Made by a program: the position numbers and the translations under genes. DNA of 64,000 bases from Antedon mediterranea (taxonomy: Eukaryota > Animalia > Echinodermata). How positions within the stretch are numbered: position 1 is the first letter of the stretch; the number at the start of each line of letters is the position of its first letter. Of this stretch, positions 52,501 through 64,000 are shown piece after piece. Below the pieces are notes generated by a model. It saw only the letters and a program-made list of their open reading frames with translations. It searched no databases and was not told the origin of the DNA. Where the stretch lies: assembly GCF_964355755.1 (NCBI RefSeq), contig NC_092671.1, forward strand, positions 39,504,304 to 39,568,303, read 5' to 3'.

Positions 52501-54209
52501 TAAAGAAATTAATCATTTTATTTGACATTAGTGACATGTCCATCAGTAAACTGTCGGATACATTGCGAGTATGGCTACCAAAAGGGACAGGATGGTTGTG
52601 AACGATGCATATGCGTAACACCACCACGTGAGTTCATGTTTATTTAAACTAGACACTGTAGTAAGTTCTACTGATTTATTTATTATTAATTAGTTCTAGG
52701 TTTAATTCTAGTCAAAATCCAAGATAATAATATTACTATATACCATAATTTGCATAGATAATAATAGTTCATTCTTATATAGCGCATATAAGCAAGCTCT
52801 CAATGCACTGTACATAAATTAAAACAGACGAGAAGTGGCAATAATTTATATTAATGAAAAGTTTTAAAAGGAAAGACTTGAACTGGGTCTTGAAAGAGTT
52901 TAGAGTAGTACTAGTACACTGTCTGATTGAAATTGGTAAGGAATTCCACAGAGTTGGAGCTGCCACAGTAAAATCTCTTCCACCATAAAATGTGGATGTC
53001 CTAGTCTTAGGAACTACCAGCAGACATTGATATAATCCTTATACTACTTGTTTTTATATACTATTATATTATAAGAATAAATGTTCACTGAACAGGATAA
53101 CATACTTTTAATATGTTAATTGCAAAATTTATATTTTTTATACCTAGCGTGTCGATCTCTTGACCTATGTCCAATAGGCAGTTGCAAAAATGGATTTCAA
53201 GAAGATGATAATGGATGTCTAATGTGCGCATGTGCAGCCCTACATGTGACAGGTCAGTCAAATGCTATTAATTCTAAAGCTCTGTCTACACTATCAAACC
53301 AATTTATCTGATGTGCCCATATATAGACATGATGATATCATATCACTACCATATTATAGACTATTCATATTTAAAAAACAGAAAATGTACACAATTTATT
53401 TGTTACAAAACAAACCACTTGTAGCTTATACGTATCGCTTATGGAATGACCTACCCGCCTCTATTAGATCATGGTCGTCTACTATCGCCTTTAAATCTGC
53501 CTTAAAAACTCATCTTTTTCTTCAGATTGAGCTCTCTCATACACCGCGCTTTTGATCACTTACTGCTGGAATTGGCGCGTTATAAATTCGTATTATTATT
53601 ATTATTAAATAGTATTTAATTTAAAAGTTTGGTTACTATTCATCAATATTAAATAAATAAAAACAATTATTTCATTCTAATAATACATCTAATTCAGAAA
53701 CTAGACCCAATCAAACAACACTAAAGAGTATGATGTCATCTGATAACAAAGCAACAACTACTTCTGAAAATGGTAAGATATCTTTTTGTTGAACATTCAG
53801 ATATTTATGTCTATTGAGATTCTATTAATGTATGTGCATGTAATAGAAAGCTGAAAGTTTGAATTGAATTGAATTAACAATATCATATAAGGTATATGTT
53901 TGTATGTGCACGTCGTGACGTTTGTTCCCAAGCCCTTTCCATCATGCATTGTGCAATGACTTTCCTCGCAGAATCAAGCTATTTGCGATAAACCTTATAC
54001 TGTATAGCTGGTTTACAGGTGTGTCTCTTTGCTAATAAAGTATTACACTCTGCATTATAGAAACTACTATCGAAACTGAAACACAATTGGATGATGAAAT
54101 TACAACTACTGAATCTCAACTGATGGTAGAGCGCCCTCCTGACGATGGACAACAACAACCTAAATACCAGAGCTACATTCCAGCTTTCTCAATAGAACCA
54201 GCTCCTTAA
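46583..54209 (+). CDS. Secreted mosaic protein with 5 antistasin-like repeats, Thr/Ser-rich stalk and an orphan-domain-like region, ~613 aa
   Basis: Exons 46583-46604, 47430-47615, 48285-48592, 49606-50113, 50471-50608, 51398-51496, 52107-52262, 52532-52627, 53148-53252, 53698-53772, 54061-54209. All introns are GT-AG and in phase (1842 nt). N-terminus MAYFIKLSIMVVQFMVTITST looks like a signal peptide. Repeats such as CPPIKCRIHCEYGYQKGHDGCDRCIC fit the antistasin pattern. The 22-nt first exon is the least certain. Confidence 0.85.
48671..49517. repeat. 12-bp-based intronic minisatellite
   Basis: AAAGTATGAACT / AAAGTACGAACT units with higher-order structure, in intron 3 of the antistasin-repeat gene. 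Confidence 0.93.
51012..51130. repeat. 57-bp direct tandem duplication (intronic)
   Basis: AAACTTAAATGTATACCAAGGCTGAATTTATTAAATGGTACAGTCAAAACACATTAT x2. Confidence 0.9.
52775..53030 (-). mobile_element. L2/CR1-type LINE 3' fragment
   Basis: RDFTVAAPTLWNSLPISIRQC...FKTQFK is the conserved ORF2 terminus. A second, plus-strand fragment at ~53424-53607 (LWNDLPASIR...FKSALKTHLF) ends in an (ATT)n tail. Confidence 0.75.
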
Positions 54210-54496
54210 AGTCATTAAGCAAACTATTTATTATATACTTTTTAATATTTATTTAATATCTATAATATTTGTTATATAAGTAAATAAGTAAATGTTAGTA
54301 TTACATGATACGGGAAATAAATTTGTATATATTAAATTTTATATTAGAACGTAATTTATAGTATGAGTCTTAACATACCATAGAGGAATAAATAACTAAC
54401 AATTGAATATGTTGCAGATGGCATATTCTTATGCTAATCAATACATTGACTAAATACAGTAAAAATAAACTTAAAATTGTTGTGGCCATTGAGTGT

Positions 54497-54600
54497 GTGT
54501 GGTACAGTGTGTTGGACATTGGACTACTGATCATGAGATCGTGGTTCGAATCCAACTCTCGCCACATCGCTTGTATTCTTAGGCAAGATACTTTACTTAA
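54497..54600 (+). mobile_element. tRNA-derived SINE head fragment
   Basis: A-box-like TGGTACAGTG, B-box GGTTCGAATCC, followed by TTCTTAGGCAAGATACTT core-like sequence. Similar tRNA-like heads at ~20620-20690 (+) and ~46790-46835 (-). Confidence 0.55.
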
Positions 54601-54854
54601 GTATATGGTGTACGCTAAAGTACTATCAAATCTAAGTTTGTATTATATCGTGCATATTTATTTATAAGGCTGCTAGATGACTTACAATGACACTGTATAA
54701 AGTTGACAAAATATAGTGACAATGTATAAAGTTGAGAAAATATTAATTAGTAACAATAAATGTATAAAGAGACAATTATTAAAAAAAATATTAGTGAAAA
54801 TAAATAAGGTATAAATAATAATAACAATTGTGTTTTACCTCATTTTCATAATTA

Positions 54855-56644
54855 TCATCGTTTTGAAAATCTTTGGATGAGAGCATCCAAATCCATGACA
54901 GAACCAACACCAACTGTGGAATCCATAGATATAAAGTCAGCTAAATTGTTGCTAGTATCTGAAACAAATAAGAATGTATTGTGTTACTTATGTAATATGT
55001 AAAGCAAGGCAATGGTAGAGTGAGTCTGGGGTATTTAAGAAACCAACATTATACTGTAAACATATATTCTACACCTACACACTTTTTTTAAAGTTTTAAA
55101 CTCTGTCTACACTATCAAACTAGTTTGACAAAAAATGTGCGGCCAAATATGGTAGTGATATGACATCATCATGTCCATAAATGGGCATATATTTTTTGTC
55201 CATTGTGTATGAAAGATTGGGGATGATGAACTCATATTCTACCACCCCTGTGCGGCAGAATTTCTACAATTTCAACATACCGACAGAAGCTGTACCATTA
55301 CCTGCAGTTGATATGCATGGGTAGGTCGGAGGTGGCTTCAACCAATCACCATTAGCTGCTTTCATGTGTGATCTATCAGATGCAAATTTTTCTAGAAACA
55401 CTGTACCAGGAACCATTCTGAACTTCCTTATATGGATATAAAGAAAAAAATACATTTTCTAACAATCAAAATAACCTCACAGACGGTGAAATACATGATC
55501 GTGATGTATTGTCCCCAAAAACATGAAAAATGAAGATTAATTAAATCAGACTGTCAATAGGTTAATATTGTAGTTTTAAGTTAATCACTTTCATAGAAAA
55601 AAAAACAGGTAAAAAAATAAAATAACAAATGGTTAAATTCAACTAAAAATCCATCCAATTTGACACTTTTTTGCTTTAAATTACAGTTTTTTAAGGTAAA
55701 TAAATTTCGTTTAGATCCAATTTTTGGTCATAGTGGATAACTTTTTACGTGACAATTAAATGGCATATTAAAAAAAAAATTATAAAAATTATTTTTCAGG
55801 GGAACAACATATCTTTAAATGTTTACCTGTGATACTTTTGTTGCATTAGGTTCTCATCTCGGATTGCTTTTTGTATGTAATCATCAAATGATGATGGAAA
55901 ACTAAGCCAAGTGTCAAGATCATAAATATGACAACCTTCAGCTTCCTCGTAGATTAAAATCACATGATAATCCTAAATAAAAAAGAATATTGATGAAAAA
56001 AATATTATTATTGTTTGTTCGTTTTAAAGCAAAAATAAAGTCTCATTGAAATACCAACCAACATCAAGTTAGGGAATGTTTATTAGATTTGTGATGCTTA
56101 AATTATCGCTAATCCACAAAAATGTTTCTCAGGTGTAAAACAAAACAATTGTATCAGTAAAAAGTGTTTGCATATTTACAACGACAGGGCTAATTATAAT
56201 AAATATATATTACCCAGACAACAAAACTGCCTTGCTCAGCACTTCTTTGTTCCCAAATTGGTATCTGCAAATTAAAAATGTATAACTATAATTTAAAAAA
56301 GACACAAAAGCACAATCAGTCATGAATATAATAATACATTACTCAAAAGTTAAGGAATAAATGTTGGTGCTATCCTACAGTACTAACTATACGATAGTAG
56401 TAAAGGCTACAAATCCACTAAACAGTACTATCTACTCTAACAAATTTAAAATCCCTTATTATTAACATTCCCAGACTGAACAGGATAAAAACTAAATTGT
56501 TTTATATTTTTGATCTTTCAAAATTCAGGGGAAAAATTTACCATTTTTGTATTGTTTGAAATGAACACTGCATATACATTTTTCAACTGCTGCAGTCTAC
56601 CACCATCCTGTAACTTGCTGCATAACTTCCAAACGTTTTCCTCA
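54855..56644 (-). CDS. NTAQ1: Protein N-terminal glutamine amidohydrolase (WDYHV1); first coding exon not located
   Basis: Exons 56644-56542 (C-EENVWKLC...YAVFISN), 56264-56214 ([17 protein letters not shown]), 55972-55827 (DYHVILI...YDLDT), 55426-55302 (FASDRSHM...[11 protein letters not shown]), 54958-54855 ([10 protein letters not shown]...stop). The diagnostic WDYHV motif is formed across a splice junction. Confidence 0.95.
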
Positions 56645-58069
56645 CTTTAAAAACAATGTATTTTCGATGTGATGGGATTTTTAAGAAGAGATGGCATCTC
56701 ATTATTAATTTTATTATGGGACTACACATACTACCACTTTGTTTGCTTATTTATGATTAGTTAGGGGAGAAGTATTTAATTAGACTCTGGATGTGTGCCT
56801 AACTAACAGAAGCCCATAAATAGCAGCCAGGTCCTCTACTGCTACTTGTGTAGTAGAGACCGGTGTAAGATTTAAATCTGTCCGGTGTTTGAAAGTGTCC
56901 ACTGGACAATTTTCAGCATTGAATATTGTAATACTAGCTGTTGAAAATGGCCGCAACCACCCGGGCAGCTTTCATCGATAAAAAAGTAGGACCATCGAGA
57001 CATCGACATCATATTAACCCCGTAAAAACTAGGGCACTGGACGTTCACCAACTCCCGTTAGGGTAATTATAATTCCTTAGAATACCAACTTGAATCGCAA
57101 AATATCAAGTGGATTGAAATAAATATTACTATTATTATATCTGGAGACATATAGTCTAATCAAATTAAATTGTTTGTTTTTGATTGAGTATATACAACCT
57201 GTTGTCAATTTGAAGTAAATCGACAACTTGAAAAATATATAGCCTACTGTATTATTATTTCGAGGGAATGAATATCACTAAATCATATAGGCATAGGGCC
57301 TACCTATTTCGTTATCTCGAAATATTATTTCATTCGAAATTCGAATTACTACTTCGCGAGAGAACGAAATAATTTCCCTCGAAATTATTTCGTTCTCTCG
57401 ATCATCATCATCATCATCATCATCATTCCTTGTCTCGAAGTAGTAATTCGTTTTTTATATTATTCAGTTCTTGAAATCTTATTTTGTTCTCCCTAAATAT
57501 ATTCGTTCCCTCAAAATATTTTTCAGTTCTCAAAATATTATTTTGTAATATTCATAATACTGCTACTAATTTAATAATATCAACTGATAACAAAAGTTCT
57601 TTAAACAAGTAAGTTCGTCATTGTTAAAGTCAGTTCTTTTTCATTATATTTTTTTCACAGATGCCTGATTTTTGTTTTTATTTAATAAAACATTGAATTG
57701 GTTAGTCACAATATTTGCTTTGTTTCTAGAGACTTTACATTATTTATTTATTTATCTAAAATACATTTGAAAAATATTGTTGATGCATATTACCAAAAAA
57801 TATTTGTTTTTTATATTTTATATGGCAAAATAAACACCTTAATTGCGCATCCTAATTATTCGTTCACTCAAGGGTATTTCGGTTTTTTGTTTTTTTCGAA
57901 TATTAGGGTATTTCGTTCCCAATACAAACAGTCCAATACCGTTATACATCAAATTCATAGAATAATGGCTTATATTGAAATGAAGCGTTTAAAACGTCTT
58001 TGCCACAATGTCTGTACATGCAGCTGAGTTTAAAAAATCGCGGTTGTATTTTTGTTTTATATGGACATA

Positions 58070-59040
58070 TAAACATAGAAACCACCAGCTAATACCAGAA
58101 ATACCAACAGCTTATGTATCAATTTTTAAAATCAACACCAGCTAATTTAGAACGGTCAGCAGATAATGTAGTAACGAAAATTGCCTCACAGCTAATGTTG
58201 AAAATATTGTATAATTTAAAAACCTGTCTACATCATGTGAAAATGCATTTCTTTACTTACTGGTAGCTATCCATCTATCCGCGTCTCGTAAGTGACCAAC
58301 CAACAACCACTTCTAGTAAGTAACCACCTCTATTGAACGACCACCGTCTCTGATAATCGCCCACCATCTCTTAACGACCACACCACTCGTCAAGGACGAG
58401 CTATTTTAAAGGACCACCACCTCGGCTTCTCATAATCAACCTCATGACGGACTACCTCTCTTAACGACCACGCCTAAAGTGTCGACCTCTCTATAAAAAA
58501 AAACGTCCACCTCTCCACTGGGACCACTTCTCATAATCGACTACCATCCGTAACGACCACCTTTCGCAAATTACCACCTCTATTGAGGTGGTCACTTACG
58601 GGAGGTGTAGTCGGTAAAAGAAGTGGTCGTCTACGAGCGGTGGTAGTTTATGAAAAGCAGTCCCTTATGAGAGGAGGTTACCCCTTCAGGAAGTTGTCCA
58701 TTGTGAGAAGCGGTCCTTTAACAGAGGTAGTCCCTTTTAAATATTAAAGGTGGTCGCTAACAAGGGTAGTTGCTTACGATCAGAGTGCTACGTTTTGAAA
58801 GCCGATCACTTACGAGAGGTGGATAGACTGACAGCTAAACTAAGTAGAGAAATATATTTGCACATGATTTAGACATTTAGGTTTGTAAAATATATAATTA
58901 TTATTTTATTAGCTGGCGATATTAACTACATCAGCTGTGAGGCAATTTTCGTTACTTCATTACCTGTTGAGTTGTATATTAGCTAATGTTGATTTTTATT
59001 TAATAAATAACTGTTGGTGTTTCTACATTAGCTAGTTCTA
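58070..59040. mobile_element. Foldback-like non-autonomous element with long imperfect inverted arms and GACCACCTCT subrepeats
   Basis: 58200-58300 is the imperfect reverse complement of 58800-58900. Subrepeats switch orientation near 58580. A related one-armed copy lies at ~62090-62740 in the integrase intron. Confidence 0.7.
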
Positions 59041-59939
59041 GGTTTTACTACATGGGTGGATTTGACAGTTTCGACGACATTTGCTGCCGTTTTCTACACT
59101 AGCGGTTTTGAACAGGGACTAGTGTAAAGGAAATGCCACAAGTTGTGTTTTTTTTTTTTTTTTATTTATTGTTTTGTGTACTAAAGTGGCAGCATAATCA
59201 GTATTTATTTTTACCAGATGTCCAGCAAGGGTAATGTCCCATAACTCAGGCCACAATTGTCAGGTCAACCTCAAAACAGCGGCTCTCGGGAGATATTAAT
59301 TACCGGTAGTCGTGTTAACTGTCATCTGTTATTTGTCAGGAGAAGGGGTGCGAACTTGCCATATCTCAAATTAAGATTACGCTTACCATGAATATGATTT
59401 CATTACAAGAATTATATACCACAGTATGTTACGTAATTTAATTCTCTTATTTTAAAAAATAACTAAATAAATTAGTATATGATTCTAGTATAAGTATTAT
59501 AAAAAATGTTTCTTTTTAATATACAGGGAGCGGGGGTTGCCTCAAAGCCTGAACGGTTTTAATACGAACTTATGTACTATAATATTATTTTACGTAGATT
59601 ACTATTTAATATTATTTTATTTATTTAACAACATATTTATACAGGATTATACACAATCAAGTAGAAATATACTTGTTTTGCATTGTGGTCCTGTCGACAA
59701 AAACGGATACAAATTTAAATACAATTTCAATTAATATTATAATATAATTTGAGATGAACGTATAATATGTAATAAAGAATAACTATATGATTATATTTTA
59801 TACTCCTATCTGAATGTGCTATTTATTGTGTAATAGAACGACTGAAGCGTTTACCAATAAGAGTATCTTCGAAATTTAATTTAATAAATGGCATTTCCCT
59901 CCAATAGTTTTTTTCTCTCATTTTTTGTGTACTTGCCAC

Positions 59940-60369
59940 TGTAATAAATTACCATTCCCTAACCATGAACATTCTAGAATAAGATGTTTACATTTAAGAC
60001 ATCATGTATAATTAATATAATAACAATCAGGAACATTCCAGTATGCTATTAATAGAAACTGTAATCAAATAGAATAAGAAGTATAAAGAATGATATAGAA
60101 GGATAGGAACATCTTGTATATAAAGGGATGTAAAACTATTGTCATGTTGTTGGATATTAGAGGTTGGATATTAGATTGTAAAAGTTATTGTGAAGCTGTT
60201 GTTTAAAGTGCTTACTGGGTTGTTGAAAGTTGAAGTTGATTGAAATTAAAGATTTGTTTTTGAGTTATTTTACAACTTTGTGGATTTGGTGTGTATACTT
60301 TTATGTCACAAGGGAGTTTCTAAAGTATTTTCAACCGCTCGGAAACATACGTAAAAGGAGTTCGTGACA
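59940..60369 (+). mobile_element. Probable solo LTR
   Basis: Begins TGTAA and ends GTGACA, with internal TATATAAAG (~60117) and ATTAAA (~60245). Flanked by GCCAC/TCCAC, a 5-bp TSD with one mismatch. Confidence 0.55.
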
Positions 60370-60594
60370 TCCACTTAAGGCACAAAGTTTAAATTATAGG
60401 CCTACACCTGACAAAACTGTTTGCTCTTTCTTCTAATCGGCAATTGGTTAAAACAAATGTAGCAAGAAGCTGATTGGCTCAATGTTTGTTCAAAACCTCC
60501 TACATTTAAAAAATCATTCACTTTGCTTGCAAAGTTCCAATCACGGTGTTGTTCGTTACAATCTGCCTTCTTTCTATTTTTACTTATTATCATT

Positions 60595-63500
60595 ATGGCC
60601 GATCATGAGTTTGATGCCTTGAGAAACTATCTACAAAACAACGTTTATCCTGTAAATTATTCTGAAATATTAAAACGAAGTTTGCGACGGAAAGCCAAGA
60701 ACTTTACAATTCTTCGTGATATCTTGTATTACAAACAACATTCTGGTAGATTGTTGCGTGTATTGTTACCGAAAGAAAAAAACGAAGTGTTAAACAGTAT
60801 CCATAAGCAGGCACATGGTGGTCACTTGGGTGTCAACAAAACGTAAGTTTAAAGTTTGTCAATTAAATAATATTTAAGCTTCGATAAGTTTCTGGGTGAC
60901 TTTAAAACTGTTTATATGTTTGGCCAGGTGGAATGCCATCCTGAGATGAGTATTAGTAATTAGTACAGCATTGTTTTTAAATGATTTTATACGTAATTTT
61001 ACTTTCTGTGGACCACAGAATTCGAAACAAATGATTAAATGAATGAATTAAATGAATAATAACTAATACTTATCAATTGAAAAATGTATAATGACCGTGT
61101 ACATTATGAAGTTAGTATTTTATATATAGATTCAAACATATTTTTATACCTCCATGAATGAAAAATATGTTAAGTCGATAATAATTTCTACTCAATATAT
61201 TATCGCAATTAATTGTATAAATATATTGAAGTTGAACATAAAATATCACATGTAAAAAATACAAAACATATATTGGCATTCAATAATTAATCAAAAATGT
61301 TCCGAATATGAGCACTGTTTCAATAATTTGACAGATTATTATTATATAATTTACACAGTGCTACACAACGCATATATCTTTAGTTCAAAATTAAGATATC
61401 TCTTTTAATAAAGATAGATTATTTCAATTGAAAACTAAGATGTCTTACTTTTTAAAAGAAATATCTATGTTAATAGATATTTTTTTGTAGGCTTATTACA
61501 CCTCGAAAAACCAAGAAGAATACAGTACAACTAGCTCTATCTATAATAGTAATGTTTTAGTTTTATAACAGTTCATATACGGTACTCTACACGTGCCCAC
61601 TGCATAACTAACACAGAAAAAAATCCACTTGTGATATTCCGAATGGGACAAGAATCTTCCATTCTAAATATCTTGGTAAGTAAGTAATATAGAGATATCC
61701 CTCATGAGAGATATCTTAGTTTTAAATAGTGATACAAATACTTCCCGAATGAAAACTTATTCAGGTCTTGGTATAATAAATATGTTCAATATTAGTTGCT
61801 CACTCATAATGCAAAAAGCCATATCAGTATTAACTTTCGTTCGTTTAAAATGTATACTTATGAAAGAAAACACAATTTGACAAAAAAAAAGGTAAGGAAG
61901 AAGACTTTTATTATGTAACTTTAAAGTGGATTATTACATTTTTTTTTAGGGAATACTTCTTAAAAAAAAACGCATTTTCAATAACAAAACTAGTTTCCAA
62001 TCCCCCGGTAATGGAGTAAAACCACCTGCAGCTTATGTAATGAAAAAAATTAACACCATGTAGAACGATCAACAACGAATGTAGGAACGAAAATTGCATC
62101 CCAGCTAATGTAGGACTATCGCCAGCTAATGTAGAAAATATATATTTTACAAACCTAAATGTCTAAATCATGTGCAAATGCATCTGTTTACTTAGCTATC
62201 CATCTATCCACGTCTCGTAACCGACCAACTTTCTAAAACGACCACACATCGTAAGCAACCAACTCTTTTAAGGGACCGTTTCTCATAATCGACTTCCTCT
62301 CTCGTAACGACAACTTTTTTGGGTGACCACCTCTATTAAACGGCCATCGTCTCTGTTAAGGGATCGCTTCCCATAATCGACCAACTATTGTAAGTGATCA
62401 CATCCTCTCATTATGGACCGCTTCTCATAATCGACCACCTCTCGTAGTAAGCGACCACCTCTCTTAACAACCACAACTCTCGTAAGCGACCGCTTTTTAT
62501 TTTCGACCGCCTCTCGTAAGTGATGATCTCTTTTAGAAGACCACCATATCTCTAAATGGACCGCTTCTCATAATATACCAACTCTTGTATAAATCACCTC
62601 TCTTAAGTGACCACTTCTAATAAACGACCTCTCTGTTAGGAGACCGCTTCTCATAATCGATCACATATCGTAAGCGACCACCTCCCTTATCGACCACATC
62701 TTTCGTAAGTGACCACCTATTTTAAAGGACCACTACCTCTCGCAATCTACCATTGTGGCTCACTAAAAAGTACCCGGTTTCCTTAATAGGGTGTCCTCTA
62801 CATTTTAAAAATAAATAAATTTAACCAGTATGTAGTGTTAAAACGTATATATTTCCCCTTGTTTATTTTAAAAAAAAAGTGGCGATTTTTATATCTACTC
62901 TGTCGCACATTCACCAAGCGTACACAATAATTCTAGTAGGACAATTAATTATTTATACTTTTCAAGTTAGTTTTTTATTGCCTGAGTGAATTATTACCAG
63001 ATTGAGGGCGTAGTTATTTTGTATGGGAGGCTGCACTCAATTTGAAGTTTATATGGGGGTATTTAGAATGTAAACACGGTACAATCAGGGAGATGTAAAT
63101 CTCCCTGGTACAATGTGACACGGAATCATCACGGACTGATGGACATTTTTCATAGAAGGTATCTTTTCCCTTTTCAATATTCATTTATCATTGTCAAATA
63201 AAAAAACTAGAAACATAGATAAATATTAAAAGTTAATTAATCAGTGCTTGCCTTAAACGAAAAGTTAAAATATATGGAACGCCAAACTGTAATGTTATTA
63301 TAATGCATTGATGAGAATGGTGATGTGAACTGCGGTAATAAATAATAAATAATATTAAAAAACAAAATAAAATTAAAATATTTAAAGAATCCATAATACA
63401 GTTTTAAGGTCAATAGTAAACCTACAAAGAGATTGAATATCATCAATACAATAAACACATTTTTTTTTTTTTTTTAACAGTTGGAAAAAGATACGCGAAA

Positions 63501-63680
63501 GGTATTATTGGAAGGGGTCATTTGATGGTGTTCGTAATTTTATAGCCGCCTGTGATCAGTGCCAACGGAAAGAAGTTTTAAAAAAAGCAAAAGTGCCACT
63601 TCAACCTATACCCGTAACAGATACTGCTTTCAGACAGATCGGTATGGATATTGTTGGGCCTTTGGTAAAGACAGAAAATG
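60595..63680 (+). CDS. Intron-containing Gypsy-type integrase (Ginger1 transposase or GIN1/GIN2-like domesticated gene), partial
   Basis: Exon 60595-60842 (MADHEFDALRNYLQNNVYP...LYY...HKQAHGGHLGVNK+AC, donor gtaagt) splices in phase to 63481-~63680 (polyT-aacag acceptor; TWKKIRERYYWKG...CDQCQR...LQPIPVTDTAFRQIGMDIVGPL). This gives a YPYY-like motif, an HHCC zinc finger and the first catalytic Asp of the DDE core. No RT, RNase H or protease lies upstream. Confidence 0.85.
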
Positions 63681-64000
63681 GTAAGGTATCTCATGACAAA
63701 TTACTGAAAAACAAAAATGCTGTGACTGGATAAAAAAGCTAAATCAAAACGTAAAAGTAAAAAGCAAGAAGACATGAATGAAATACGTTCAGAAAACTTT
63801 GTAATTCATTCTTCAGGGCCTAAAATTACAGTTAATAATTAGTTCTGTTCGGCCTTTATTGTAATAGGGCTGAACTTAAATTTATTATTGTAAAGGCACA
63901 AGCGCAATTTCTGTGAGGTTTCTTGAAATTGTTAACTAAACTAAAATTATGACAGTTCTCTTTTTTACACTGTCAACAAAAACTAGATTTACCAAGAATC

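Noticed and set aside
59855-59880. TATTG|GTAAAC as the end of NTAQ1 exon 1
   Set aside because: An in-frame stop lies a few codons upstream and the C-x-Y-x-x-x-Y-C context is absent. A similar site at ~62826 also lacks it.
60402-60593. 63-aa minus-strand ORF with CxxC, head-to-head with the integrase
   Set aside because: Short, no recognisable family and no clear exon partners; cannot be supported without expression data.

Overview
AT-rich, intron-containing animal genomic DNA, probably a marine invertebrate (echinoderm-like; inferred from gene content, not proven). Six spliced protein-coding loci can be assembled by hand from GT-AG junctions with consistent reading-frame phase. (1) The 5' part of a DLGAP/SAPAP (GKAP-domain) scaffold gene on the minus strand, running off the left edge. 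(2) A ~446-aa TRIM (RING-B-box-coiled-coil) with no C-terminal domain but two N-terminal NPF motifs. (3) A ~1002-aa Draper/CED-1/MEGF10-like receptor (signal peptide, EMI, ~5 EGF, TM) with a His/Gln-repeat tail and an ITAM-like motif. (4) A ~613-aa secreted mosaic protein: Cys-rich module, betaglycan/endoglin orphan-domain-like region, mucin stalk and five antistasin repeats. (5) NTAQ1/WDYHV1 on the minus strand, first coding exon not found. (6) An intron-split Gypsy-type integrase (Ginger1/GIN-like) preceded by a probable solo LTR, running off the right edge. Intergenic and intronic DNA is dense with Harbinger-like MITEs, LINE and SINE fragments, minisatellites, and tiny palindromes flanked by 7-bp target duplications that resemble P-element footprints. 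No prokaryotic system, CRISPR array or rRNA is present. All family assignments come from motif recognition; no searches were run.
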